This document shows, piece by piece, positions 37,484-49,800 of a stretch of 64,000 bases of DNA. Below the pieces are notes generated by a model. That model worked only from the letters and a program-made list of their open reading frames with translations, was not told the origin of the DNA and did not search any database. The position numbers and the translations under genes are program-made. The stretch comes from Squalus acanthias (taxonomy: Eukaryota). The stretch covers positions 136,216,001 to 136,280,000 of the forward strand of contig CM059432.1 of the NCBI GenBank assembly GCA_030390025.1, written 5' to 3'. How positions within the stretch are numbered: the stretch's first letter is position 1; each line of letters starts with the position of its first letter.

Positions 37484-38124
37484 ATAATCACCGTTCCTTC
37501 ATCATCGCTGGGTCAAAATCCTGGAAATCCCTAAACTAATAGCATTGTGGGAGTACCTTCGCCTCACGGACTGCAACGCTTCCACAATGCCAGCCTTGCC
37601 AGCCTTACCCACATCCCATGAATGAATATTTTAAAAATCTGTTATACTTATTATTAGTGTCTTTCCTGAAAAATTCCCAGTGGAAGTTAAGTGCTCCAAT
37701 ATGAATGGTGCAGACTCTCTTCATGGTTGGTCTGTAGTAACAAAGGAACCTCAACCATAAGCATGTAAACTAATTGAAAACAGAACATTAACCTGAACTG
37801 CACTCACACACGAAAAGGACAACAATCACATTATAGTAGTACACTGAGATAAAATCTTAAATATGGGAGTCTCACTGTCATTTTTTTAATTGAGTGAAAT
37901 TCATTCACACTCCAACATCGCTCCTTATTTTATTTCGAGATCCCGTTGATTCTGCACGTTCACTGGCTGAGATGGTGAAGTAAAAGTCAAATAAAGCATT
38001 CACATGAGGGAAAATCCTCCTTCTTTCAAACAAAGTGACTGTAACTAGTCTCGATGAAAGCAAACATTCACATAAGATAATAGTTAGGTGTGTATTAAAA
38101 TTTTAGCAACTTACATGTTATGTA

Positions 38125-38375
38125 ACAACTTGTATTTTTAAAGCGCTTTTAACGTAGTAAAACATCCCAAGGTGCTGCACAGGAGCGTTATCAAACAAAA
38201 TTTGACACTGAGAAAGTGGAAGGCCGGCCAGGAGACCATTGGAATAATCGAGTCTGGAGGCAACAAAGGCATGGATGAGGGTTTCAGCAGCCAATGGGCT
38301 GAGGCAGGGCCGGAGACGGGCGATATTATGGAGGTGGAATTAAGCGGTCTTGGTGAAGGAGAGGATATGGGGGAT
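38125..38375 (-). mobile_element. L2 fragments; mirror ~47770-48020
   Basis: L2 tail plus reverse-strand [24 protein letters not shown]. Confidence 0.75.
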
Positions 38376-38744
38376 AGGTCTTTCCTGCAACACTAAATAA
38401 ACACTAAAGCCCTGCAATTCCATGGGTGTTTATACTGTTTCCATGGAGTTTCCACCGGTCTTCCCTCAAAGTTACTGGGGGAGAACCCAGGGCCAAAATA
38501 AATACACATATCACAGTGATTGTCAGAAACTACCAGTTCATCTTAAAATCTTTCTGCCTCAAATATTTGGGCAAAAAACAATGGCATAATTGACGTCTGA
38601 CTGATTGGTTCTAATAACCTTCAACTGATGTTATTAGTTGATATTACTGACCTCAGTTTCCACTGAGTAATGTTGATTTTTCTGGTGAAAGGCTAACAAG
38701 CTGGTAGATGGAGTGTATTTCAGCCACCATGGCAAATGAAAGGG

Positions 38745-39090
38745 AGGCTACAGGGCGACAAGGGCTTTCCGTGGACAACATGGCTCATAACTCCGGTTCG
38801 CAGCTCACACGCACGTGCGCAGCATGCGTACAGTGAGAGCCATGCTGCCACAAGAAATCAGGTGGAGCAGACCATTGGCACGCTGGAGTAACGATTCTGC
38901 TGCAGGGACCGTTCAAGAGGAGCCCTGCAGTACTCAGCTGAGCGGGTCTCAAGATTCGTGGTGGTATGCTGCATGCTGCACAACCTTGCCATCATGAGGG
39001 AACAGCCCTTGCCACTACCTATCAGGTGAGAAGCTGAGGAGCAGGAGCAGGAGCACGAGGAGGAGTAGGATGAGGAAGAGGAAGGGAGGC
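38745..39090 (+). pseudogene. Degenerate Harbinger transposase C-terminal fragment; mirror ~47056-47400 (-)
   Basis: [46 protein letters not shown] plus an acidic tract, homologous to 2386-2800. Confidence 0.85.
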
Positions 39091-39178
39091 TGTAATAATT
39101 TTGGTCCTAATTGCTGATTACCATAATTTGAACTTGCCTGGTGGTGCTAAACCCAGAGACACCTGCAGGTTTAGCATT

Positions 39179-41929
39179 CATAGAAACACAGAAACATAGA
39201 AGATAGGAGCAGGAGTAGGCCATTCGGCCCCTCGAGCCTGCTCTGCCATTCGATGAGATCATGGCTGATCATCTAAACTCAGTACCCTGTACCTGCCTTC
39301 TCCCCATATCCCTTGATACCTTTATCTTTAAAAAATATATCTAACTCATTCTTCAATATATTTAATGACTTGGCCTCAACTACCTTCTGTGGTAGAGAAT
39401 TCCACAGGTTCACCACTCTCTGGGTGAAGAAATTCTTCCTCATTTCTGTCCTAAATGGCTTACCCCTTATCCTTAGATTATGACCCCTGGTTCTGGACTC
39501 TCCGACCATCGGGAACATTCTTCCTGCATCTAGTTTGTCCAGACCTGTCAGAATTTTATATGTTTCGATGAGATCCCCTCTCATTCTTCTATACTCCAGC
39601 GAGTATAAGCCCAATCGACTCAATCTCTCCTCATATGTCATTCCTGCCATCCCAGGTATCAGCCTTGTGAATCTTTGCTGAACTCCTTCCATGGCAAGAA
39701 CATCCTTCCTCAGATAAGGCGACCAAAACTGCACACAGTACTCAAGGTGTGGTCTCACCAAGGCCCTGTACAACTGCAGCAGGACATCCCTGTTCCTATA
39801 CTCAAACCCTTTCGCTATGAAGGCCAACATACCATTTGCCTTCTTCACCGCCTGCTGCACCTGCATGCTTACCTTCAGCGACTGGTGCACAAGGACACCC
39901 AGGTTTCGTTGCACTTCCCCTTCTCCCAATCTATTGCCATTCAGATAATAGTCTGCCTTTCTGTTTTTGACACCAAAGTGGATAACCCCGCATTTATCCA
40001 CGTTATATTGCATCTGCCACGCTTCTGCCGGCTCACCCAACCTGTCCAAATCATCCTGGAGTTTCTCGGTATCCTCCTCGCAGCACACACGCCCACCCAG
40101 CTTTGTGTCATCTGCAAACTTGGAGATATTACATTTAATTCCCTTATCTAGATCATTAATGTATATTGTGAATAGCTGGGGTCCAAGGACCGATCCCTGC
40201 GGTACCCCACTAGTCACTGCCTGCCACTCGGAAAAAGACCCATTAATTCCTATTCTCTGCTTTCTGTCCGCCAACCAGTTCTCTATCCAAGTCAATACCT
40301 TGCCCCCAATCCCATGTGCCTTAACTTTACACGCTAATCTCTTATGCGGGACCTTATCGAAAGCCTTTTGAAAGTCCAAATACGCCACATTTACTGGTTC
40401 TTCCTTATCTATTTTCCCAGTTACATCCTCAAAAAATTCCAGTAGATTAGTCAAGCATGATTTACCTTTTGTAAATCCATGTTGACTTTGTCCAATCCTG
40501 TCACTGTTTTTCAAGTGCTCAGCTATTACATCCTTTATAATGGACTCTAGCATTTTCCCCACTACCGATGTCAGGCTTACCGGTCTGTAATTCCCCGCTT
40601 TCTCTCTACCACCCTTTTTGAATAGTGGGGTAACATTAGCTACCCTCCAATCCATGGGTACAGTTCCAGATTCCATCGAATGTTGGAAGATGATCAGCAA
40701 TGCATCTACTATTTCTAGGGCCACTTCCTTAAGTACCCTAGGATGTAGATTATCAGGCCCTGGGGATTTATCGGCCTTCAATACCGTCAATTTCCCTAAC
40801 ACCATTTCCCTGCAAATACTGATTTCTTTCAGTTCCTCCCTTTCATCAGACCGTATGTTCTCCAACATCTCTGGGAGGTTATTTGTGTCCTCCTTTGTGA
40901 AGACAGAACCAAAATATGCATTTAATTGGGCTGCCATTTCTTTGTTCCCCATTATAACTTCCCCCGCTTCTGACTGCAAGGGACCTACACTTGATTTCAC
41001 TAATCTTTTTCTCTTCACATATCTATAAAAGCTCTTACAGTCAGTTTTTATGTTCCCTGCAAGATTACTTTCATATTCTATTTTCCCCTTCTTAATTAAT
41101 CCCTTTGTCCTCCTTTGTTGAATTCTAAACTGCTCCCAATCCTCAGGGTTACCGCTTTTTCTGGCCAATTTATATGCCCTCTCCTTGGATCTCATGCTAT
41201 CCCTAATTTCCCTTGTTAGCCACGGTTGAGTCACCCTTTTTGTTTTATTCTTATGCCACACTGGGATGAACAAATTCTGTAGTTCATCCATGCAGTCTTT
41301 GAATGTTTGCCATTGCCTATCCACCGTCAACCCTTTGAGTGACATTCCCCAATCAATCCTACCCAATTCGCACCTCATATCATCGTAATTTCGTTTATTT
41401 AAATTCAGGACCCTAGTCTCTGATTCAACTACTTCACTCTCCATCATAATGAAGAATTCTATCATGTTATGATCACTCTGACCCAAGGGGCCTCGTACAA
41501 CAAGATTGCTAATTAATCCTTTCTCGTTACATAATACCCAGTCTAAGATGGCCAGATCTCTGGTTGGTTCCTCGACATATTGTTCCAGAAAACCATCCCG
41601 TAAACATTCTAGGAATTCCTCCTCCACAGTATTTTTACTAATTTGGTTAGCCCAATCTATATGTAAATTAAAGTCACCCATGATGACTGCTGTGCCCTTA
41701 CTGCATGCTTCTCTAATTTCCCTTTTAATGCCGTCCCCAACCTCCGTATTACTGTTTGGAGTCTATATACCACTCCCACTAACGTTTTCTGCCCCTTGTT
41801 ATTTCTCAGTTCTACCCATACAGATTCCGCATCATCAGAGCTAATATCCTTCCTTCAATTATGTTAATCCCCTCTTTAACCAGCAATGCTACCCCATCTC
41901 CCTTTCTTTTTTGCCTATCTTTCCTAAAT
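39179..41929 (-). mobile_element. Duplicated part of the CR1 LINE (800-aa open ORF2 segment 39279-41681)
   Basis: GDFN, SDH, QHGF, GVPQGSVLGP and FADD motifs; (TTTCTATG)n tail. Cut within the endonuclease domain by the duplication boundary. Confidence 0.95.
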
Positions 41930-42674
41930 TGCGCTAGGGAATGGCGGCCCAGATGATCAATAAGGGGCTGATTGCCACTTAAATTGCCTGCTAGCGCTCA
42001 TCAAGGAGGCTGCATGGCATTTTGGTGGATAGGGGCTGACCTAACACCCTCTCCTAACAGCGACCAGCTAATTGGGAGTAACAGGATTGCAGAGGATTTC
42101 GAGTTCTACTTAAAGGTATATCACCTTTTACTATTCACTTGCTGCTGGAGGTTTGAAGAGGACTTTTGAAACACATTGGGAGACTTTCTGGGACGTTTGG
42201 TCAAGACTTCACCAACACTCTATCGACATTTATTCCGAATATTTCTCTGAGGACTTCACCTCAAAAGAGTAAGTGCTGTGCTACTCCCCAATATTGGACA
42301 CTTTATAGGAGTCACCAGGAGAAAGGGAGTGCTTAGTCATGGGCATCTTATTAGGGGTCCTCCTTGGTCTGCAGGAGGAATGGGAGGAGGATATGAGGCC
42401 AGGCAGAGCAGCACCAGCTGCTGCAGGAGAGAGGGACAGGAGGGAGAGGTGGAGTCTTTCCCCTCTGCAGGCACAGGTCTTCCCTCCTTCTCTGGACCTC
42501 CTCCACCAGGACCTTCAGTGCCGCGTCCGAGAACCTGTGCGCCCTCTCACTCGGTCCCTGAGCCATTCTGAAACGCCGCTCTGTGTGCCAGCCAGCACAC
42601 TCCACATTTTTGTGGAAGTGGGTGATTGGAGCCCACATGTACTGCTCCACAGAAATTGCTTCTAATCAGCACTT
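41930..42674. mobile_element. Internally deleted Harbinger remnant
   Basis: Minus-strand MAQGPSERAHRFSDAALKVLVEEVQRRREDL (ATG at 42566) is homologous to Myb exon 1. Plus-strand MGILLGVLLGLQEEWEED (42339) resembles a transposase N-terminus. Confidence 0.68.
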
Positions 42675-42908
42675 GAGGCCAGTGTCGGGAGCGGAGAGAG
42701 CAGCAGCACAGTGAGTATTTAAACTCACTTTCGCGGGCTTTTTTCCAGAGGCCAGTGTCGGGAGCGGAGAGAGCAGCAGCACAGTGAGTATTTAAATGCA
42801 CTTTCGCGGGCTTTTTTACAGAGGCCAGTGTCGGGAGCGAAGAGAGCAGCAGCACAGTGAGTAGTTAAACTCACTTTTGTGGGCTTTTTACAGAGGCCAG
42901 TGTCGGGA
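42675..42908 (+). repeat. 73-bp tandem monomers (3.2 copies) at the CR1 5' end
   Basis: GAGGCCAGTGTCGGGA starts at 42675, 42748, 42821 and 42893. Confidence 0.92.
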
Positions 42909-42986
42909 AAGGGCCCTTGAGTATATCATTTAATTGAAGTGGGATTCATTTAATTTAATTTTAATTAATTAATTAAAGGGTAAGTC

Positions 42987-43908
42987 ATGGCAGGAGAGCT
43001 CCGCCCCGTGATATGCTCCTCCTGCTATATGTGGGAAATCAGGTGTGTGGGAAGTGTATCCAGCTGCAGCGATTGATAGACCGCATTGCGGCGCTGGAGC
43101 TGTGGATGGATGCATATTGGAGCATTCGCGATGCTGAGAACGTCGTGGATAGCACGTTTAGCGAGTTGGTCACACCGCAGGTAAAGGGTGTACAGGCAGG
43201 AAGTGAATGGGTGACCACCAGGCAGAGTAAGAGGTGCAGGCAGGTAGTGCAAGGGTCCCCTGTGGACATCCCCCTCTCAAACAGATATACCACTTTGGAT
43301 ACTGTTGGGGGGGATGACTTATCAGGGGAAGGCAGCAGCAGCCAACTTCCTGGCACCATGGGTGGCTCTGCTGCACAGGCTGGGAGGAAAAGTGTGGAAG
43401 AGCTATAGTGATAGGGGACTCAATTGTAAGGGGAATAGATATGCGTTTCTGCGGCCGCAAATGAGACTCCAGAATGGTGTGTTGCCTCCCTGGTGCAAGG
43501 GTCAAGGATGTCTTGGAGCGGCTACAGAACATTTTGGAGGGGGAGGGCGAACAGCCAGTTGGCGTGGTGCACATAGGCATCAACGATATAGGTAAAAAAC
43601 GGGATGAGGTCCTAAAAGCAGAATATAGGGAGTTAGGAGGTAAATTAAAAAATAGGACCTCAAAGGTAGTAATCTCAGGATTGCTACTAGTGCCACGTGC
43701 TAGTCAGAGTAGAAATAGGAGGATATTTCAAATGAATACGTGGCTAGAGGAATGGTGCAAGGGGGAGGGATTCAAATTCCTTGGACATTGGAACCTGTTC
43801 TGGGGGAGGTGGGACCAGTACAAACTGGACGGTCTGCACCTGGGCAGGGCCGGGACCGATGTCCTAGGGGGAGTGTTTGCTAGTGCTGTTGGGGAGGGTT
43901 TAAACTAA
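42987..43908 (+). pseudogene. CR1 ORF1p: zinc finger/coiled coil + SGNH (GDSL) esterase, frameshifted
   Basis: MAGELRPVICSSC..CGKCIQLQRL; IVIGDSIVRG, CLPGARVKD, HIGIND and DGLH motifs. Frameshifts near 43043 and 43390. Confidence 0.88.
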
Positions 43909-44084
43909 AGTGGCAGGGGGTTGGGAACCTGAGCAGGGAGACAGAGGAAAGGGAAACAAGGATAAAAGCAAAAGACAGGAAGGAGAAAAACAAAAGTAGA
44001 AGGCAAAGAACTCAACGGTTTAAATCAAACATGGTCACAGTAAATAATAATTCATATAGGTCTGAGAGCGTTAAAAAAACAAGC

Positions 44085-46867
44085 AAGGAGCATTCGGAAC
44101 AAGGTGCATGAATTTGCTGCGCAAATAGAGGTAAATGAATACGATTTGATTGGGATTACAGAAACATGGCTCCAGGGTGGCCAAGGCTGGGAACTCAACA
44201 TCTAGGGGTATTCAATATTTAGGAAAGATAGGCAAAAAAGAAAGGGAGGTGGGGTAGCATTGCTGGTTAAAGAGGGGATTAACATAATTGAAAGGAAGAA
44301 TATTAGCTCTGATGATGCGGAATCTGTATGAGTAGAACTGAGAAATAACAAGGGGCAGAAAACGTTAGTGGGAGTGGTATATAGACTCCAAACAGTAATA
44401 CGGAGGTTGGGGACGGCATTAAAAGGGAAATTAGCGAAGCATGCAGTAAGGGCACAGCAGTCATCATGGGTGACTTTAATTAACACATAGATTGGGCTAA
44501 CCAAATTAGTAAAAATACTGTGGAGGAGGAATTCCTAGAATGTTTACGGGATGGTTTTCTGGAACAATATGTCAAGGAACCAACCAGAGATCAGGCCATC
44601 TTAGACTGGGTATTATGTAACGAGAAAGGATTAATTAGCAATCTTGTTGTACGAGGCCCCTTGGGTCAGAGTGATCATAACATGATAGAATTCTTCATTA
44701 GGATGGAGAGTGAAGTAGTTGAATCAGAGACTAGGGTCCTGAATTTAAATAAAGGAAACTACGATGATATGAGGCGCGAATTGGGTAGGATTGATTGGGG
44801 AATGTCACTCAAAGGGTTGACGGTGGATAGGCAATGGCAAACATTCAAAGACTGCATGGATGAACTACAGAATTTGTTCATCCCAGTGTGGCATAAGAAT
44901 AAAACAAAAAGGGTGACTCAACCGTGGCTAACAAGGGAAATTAGGGATAGCATAAGATCCAAGGAGAGGGCATATAAATTGGCCAGAAAAAGCGGTAACC
45001 CTGAGGATTGGGAGCAGTTTAGAATTCAACAAAGGAGGACAAAGGGATTAATTAAGAAGGGGAAAATAGAATATGAAAGTAATCTTGCAGGGAACATAAA
45101 AACTGACTGTAAGAGCTTTTATAGATAAGTGAAGAGAAAAAGATTAGTGAAATCAAGTGTAGGTCCCTTGCAGTCAGAAGCGGGGGAAGTTATAATGGGG
45201 AACAAAGAAATGGCAGACCAATTAAATGCATATTTTGGTTCTGTCTTCACAAAGGAGGACACAAATAACCTCCCAGAGATGTTGGAGAACATACGGTCTG
45301 ATGAAAGGGAGGAACTGAAAGAAATCAATATTTGCAGGGAAATGGTGTTAGGGAAATTGACGGGATTGAAGGCTGATAAATCCCCAGGGCCTGATAATCT
45401 ACATCCTAGGGCACTTAAGGAAGTGGCCCTAGAAATAGTAGATGCATTGCTGATCATCTTCCAACATTCGATGGAATCTGGAACTGTACCCATGGATTGG
45501 AGGGTAGCTAATGTTACCCCACTATTCAAAAAGGGTGGTAGAGAGAAAGCGGGGAATTACAGACCGGTAAGCCTGACATCGGTAGTGGGGAAAATGCTAG
45601 AGTCCATTATAAAGGATGTAATAGCTGAGCACTTGAAAAACAGTGACAGGATCGGACAAAGTCAACATGGATTTACAAAAGGTAAATCGTGCTTGACTAA
45701 TCTACTGGAATTTTTTGAGGATGTAACTGGGAAAATAGATAAGGAAGAAACAATAGATGTGGTGTATTTGGACTTTCAAAAGGCTTTCGATAAGGTCCCG
45801 CATAAGAGATTAGCATGTAAAGTTAAGGCACATGGGATTGGGGGCAAGGTATTGACTTGGATAGAGAACTGGTTGGCGGACAGAAAGCAGAGAATAGGAA
45901 TTAATGGGTCTTTTTTAGAGTGGCAGGCAGTGACTAGTGGGGTACCGCAGGGATCGGTCCTTGGACCCCAGCTATTCACAATATACATTAATGATCTAGA
46001 TAAGGGAATTAAATGTAATATCTCCAAGTTTGCAGATGACACAAAGCTGGGTGGGCGTGTGTGCTGCGAGGAGGATACCGAGAAACTCCAGGATGATTTG
46101 GACAGGTTGGGTGAGTGGGCAGAAGCGTGGCAGATGCAATATAACGTGGATAAATGCGGGGTTATCCACTTTGGTGTCAAAAACAGAAAGGCAGACTGTT
46201 ATCTGAATGGCAATAGATTGGGAGAAGGGGAAGTGCAACGAAACCTGGGTGTCCTTGTGCACCAGTCGCTGAAGGTAAGCATGCAGGTGCAGCAGGCGGC
46301 GAAGAAGGCAAATGGTATGTTGGCCTTCATAGCGAAAGGGTTTGAGTATAGGAACAGGGATGTCCTGCTGCAGTTGTACAGGGCCTTGGTGAGACCACAC
46401 CTTGAGTACTGTGTGCAGCTTTGGTCGCCTTATCTGAGGAAGGATGTTCTTGCCATGGAAGGAGTTCAGCGAAGATTCACAAGGCTGATACCTGGGATGG
46501 CAGGAATGACATATGAGGAGAGATTGGGTCAATTGGGCTTATACTCGCTGGAGTATAGAAGAATGAGAGGGGATCTCATCGAAACATATAAAATTCTGAC
46601 AGGTCTGGACAAACTAGATGCAGGAAGAATGTTCCCGATGGTCGGAGAGTCCAGAACCAGGGTTCATAATCTAAGGATAAGGGGTAGCCATTTAGGACAG
46701 AAATGAGGAAGAATTTCTTCACCCAGAGAGTGGTGAACCTGTGGAATTCTCTACCACAGAAGGTAGTTGAGGCCAAGTTATTAAATATATTGAAGAATGA
46801 GTTAGATATATTTTTTAAAGATAAAGGTATCAAGGGATATGGGGAGAAGGCAGGTACAGGGTACTGA
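44085..46867 (+). pseudogene. CR1 ORF2p (EN+RT) with several stops and frameshifts
   Basis: ARSIRNK, ETW, SDH and FADD motifs. Lesions near 44203, 44329, 44388, 44481, 45126 and 46687. Confidence 0.92.
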
Positions 46868-49800
46868 GTTTGGATGATCAGCCATGATCTCATCGAATGG
46901 CGGAGCAGGCATGAGGGGCCGAATGGCCTACTCCTGCTCCTATCTTCTATGTTTCTGTGTTTCTATGAATGCTAAACCTGCAGGTGTCTCTGGGTTTAGC
47001 ACCACCAGGCAAGTTCAAATTATGGTAATCAGCAATTAGGACCAAAATTGTTACAGCCTCCCTTCCTCTTCCTCATCCTCCTCCTCCTCGTGCTCCTGCT
47101 CCTGCTCCTCAGCTTCTCACCTGATAGGTAGTGGCAAGGGCTGTTCCCTCATGATGGAAAGGTTGTGCAGCATGCAGCATACCACCACGAATCTTGAGAC
47201 CCGCTCAGCCGAGTACTGCAGGGCTCCTCTAGAACGGTCCCTGCAGCAGAATCGTTACTCCAGCGTGCCAATGGTCTGCTCCACCTGATTTCTTGTGGCA
47301 GCATGGCTCTCACTGTACGCATGCTGCGCACGTGCATGTGAGCTGCGAACCGGAGTTATGAGCCATGTTGTCCACGGAAAGCCCTTGTCGCCCTGTAGCC
47401 TCCCTTTCATTTGCCATGGTGGCTGAAATACACTCCATCTACCAGCTTGTTAGCCTTTCACCAGAAAAATCAACATTACTCAGTGGAAACTGAGGTCGGT
47501 AATATCAACTAATAACATCAGTTGAAGGTTATTAGAACCAATCAGTCAGACGTCAATTATGCCATTGTTTTTTGCCCAAATATTCGAGGCAGAAAGATTT
47601 TAAGATGAACTGGTAGTTTCTGACAATCACTGTGATATGTGTATTTATTTTGGCCCTGGGTTCTCCCCCAGTAACTTTGAGGGAAGACCAGTGGAAACTC
47701 CATGGAAACAGTATAAACACCCATGGAATTGCAGGGCTTTAGTGTTTATTTAGTGTTGCAGGAAAGACCTATACCCCATATCCTCTCCTTCACCAAGACC
47801 GCTTAATTCCACCTCCATAATATCGCCCGTCTCCGGCCCTGCCTCAGCCCATTGGCTGCTGAAACCCTCATCCATGCCTTTGTTGCCTCCAGACTCGATT
47901 ATTCCAATGGTCTCCTGGCCGGCCTTCCACTTTCTCAGTGTCAAGTTTTGTTTGATAACGCTCCTGTGCAGCACCTTGGGATGTTTTACTACGTTAAAAG
48001 CGCTTTAAAAATACAAGTTGTTACATAACAAATAAGTTGCTAAAATTTTGATACACACCTAACTATTATCACATGTGAATGTTTGCTTTCATCGAGACTA
48101 GTTACAGTCACTTTGTTTGAAAGAAGGAGCATTTTCCCTCATGTGAATGCTTTATTTGACTTTTACTTCACCATCTCAGCCAGTGAACGTGCAGAATCAA
48201 CGGGATCTCGAAATTAAATAAGGAGCGATGTTGGAGTGTGAATGAATTTCACTCAATTAAAAAAATGACAGTGAGACTCCCATATGTAAGATTTTATCTC
48301 AGTGTACTACTATAATGTGATTGTTGTCCTTTTCGTGTGTGAGTGCAGTTCAGGTTAATGTTCTGTTTTCAATTAGTTTACATGCTTATGGTTGAGGTTC
48401 CTTTGTTACTACAGACCAACCATGAAGAGAGTCTGCACCATTCATATTGGAGCACTTAACTTCCACTGGGAATTTTTCAGGAAAGACACTAATAATAAGT
48501 ATAACAGATTTTTAAAATATTCATTCATGGGATGTGGGTGTGGCTGGCAAGGCTGGCATTGTGGAAGCGTTGCAGTCCGTGAGGCGAAGGTACTCCCACA
48601 ATGCTATTAGTTTAGGGATTTCCAGGATTTTGACCCAGCGATGATGAAGGAACGGTGATTATGGGGAGAGTTTTAACATGAAAAAACAGTGGGTTCAGAG
48701 CCTGGGGGTGGTTAAAGTTTTAAAAATCTAAATTCCAACCGCAACCGGCCCAGTTTCAACTTTTACTCAGGCGGGATGGGGGGAGGGCAGCCAACCCGCT
48801 GCCAGGAGGTGGGTTGGCATTTTAAATATGATTATGAGGCCTGAGGCCTCTGCTTTAACCTGCTGTGCAGGTTTTACTGTGGCCGACCAGGAATCCCGGT
48901 AGCTGCAGCAAGGCGAGCACAGCCTCAGGGAGCAATCCTTGTGGGCCAGGAGGAGCAGGAGTGCTTCCTCCTGGCCCCCTAAGCCCACCCCTCCCCGGGG
49001 TCTGATATTGGACCCCCTCAGGATTGTGGATCGGAGCCCCCAGGGATTGAACTCACCCCTGGGGTCGGGGATCAGACCCCCACCCCACCCCCCCCCAGCC
49101 CCCGGGGTTTGAACTCACCCCCAGGGTTGGGGATCGGACACCCCCTCCCCTGGGGATCAGACCACCCCCCACACCCTCACTTGGACCCCGTGTTGCTGCG
49201 GCGTCCTGTCCAGCCAGTGTTCCCCGACCGACTGGAAGTCAGCCTGTCAATCAGGCTGACTTCCGGGTGGGAAACCTGCCCATGACATCACACACACGCT
49301 GTGGAGTTAAAGCTCCACAGCGCGCCGGGAAACCCAGACTTCCGGGTTTCCCGTGGTCTACCAGCGCCCCCCCGGGGGGGTCGGAAACCGGAAAATCCAG
49401 TCAGGATGGCGTGTGACTAATTTCAACTAAAATTATGGGCTGGATTTTCAATGACCCGTGGAGTCGGGTTTGGAGGCGTGTGGGGGGTTAAAGTTGCAGA
49501 TTCGGGGGTCCCGACTCCATTCCGCCTCCACGCAATTTTGACAAAATCGGTCGCGGGATGCCCGACTCCGTCCCGCCTCCAAGAGGCGGGAGAGGCCATT
49601 AAAGCCCTTAACAAGCCCTAAATTGGCTCAGTAATGCTATTTTGAAACGTTTTAGCTAGTTTAACCCTTTTCCGACGTGAAGTACGCCTGATGTGAAACA
49701 CACCAGTGAAACCTGGCGGGAGCACAAGTGGATAGCTGACTATCAGCTGCAGGTCCACTATTACAACGGAGATGTGATGAAGGTAGTAGTAGTATTGTGA

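Larger units (their letters stand above)
32673..41929. repeat. Left arm of a ~9.3-kb inverted segmental duplication
   Basis: Reverse complement of 44217-53563 with scattered substitutions and small indels. Mirrored ORFs include 32932/53079, 33754/52223, 38172/47750 and 40618/45119. Confidence 0.97.
42675..46967 (+). mobile_element. Full-length, inactivated CR1 LINE (5' monomers, ORF1, ORF2, tail)
   Basis: Tandem 5' repeats, ORF1 and ORF2 remnants in order, and a TTCTATGTTTCTGTGTTTCTATG tail. Confidence 0.93.

Noticed and set aside
21590..46532. Antisense ORFs over the CR1 copies (e.g. 21590, 22461, 39675, 39967, 40618, 45776)
   Set aside because: Shadow frames of RT coding sequence with no independent motifs.
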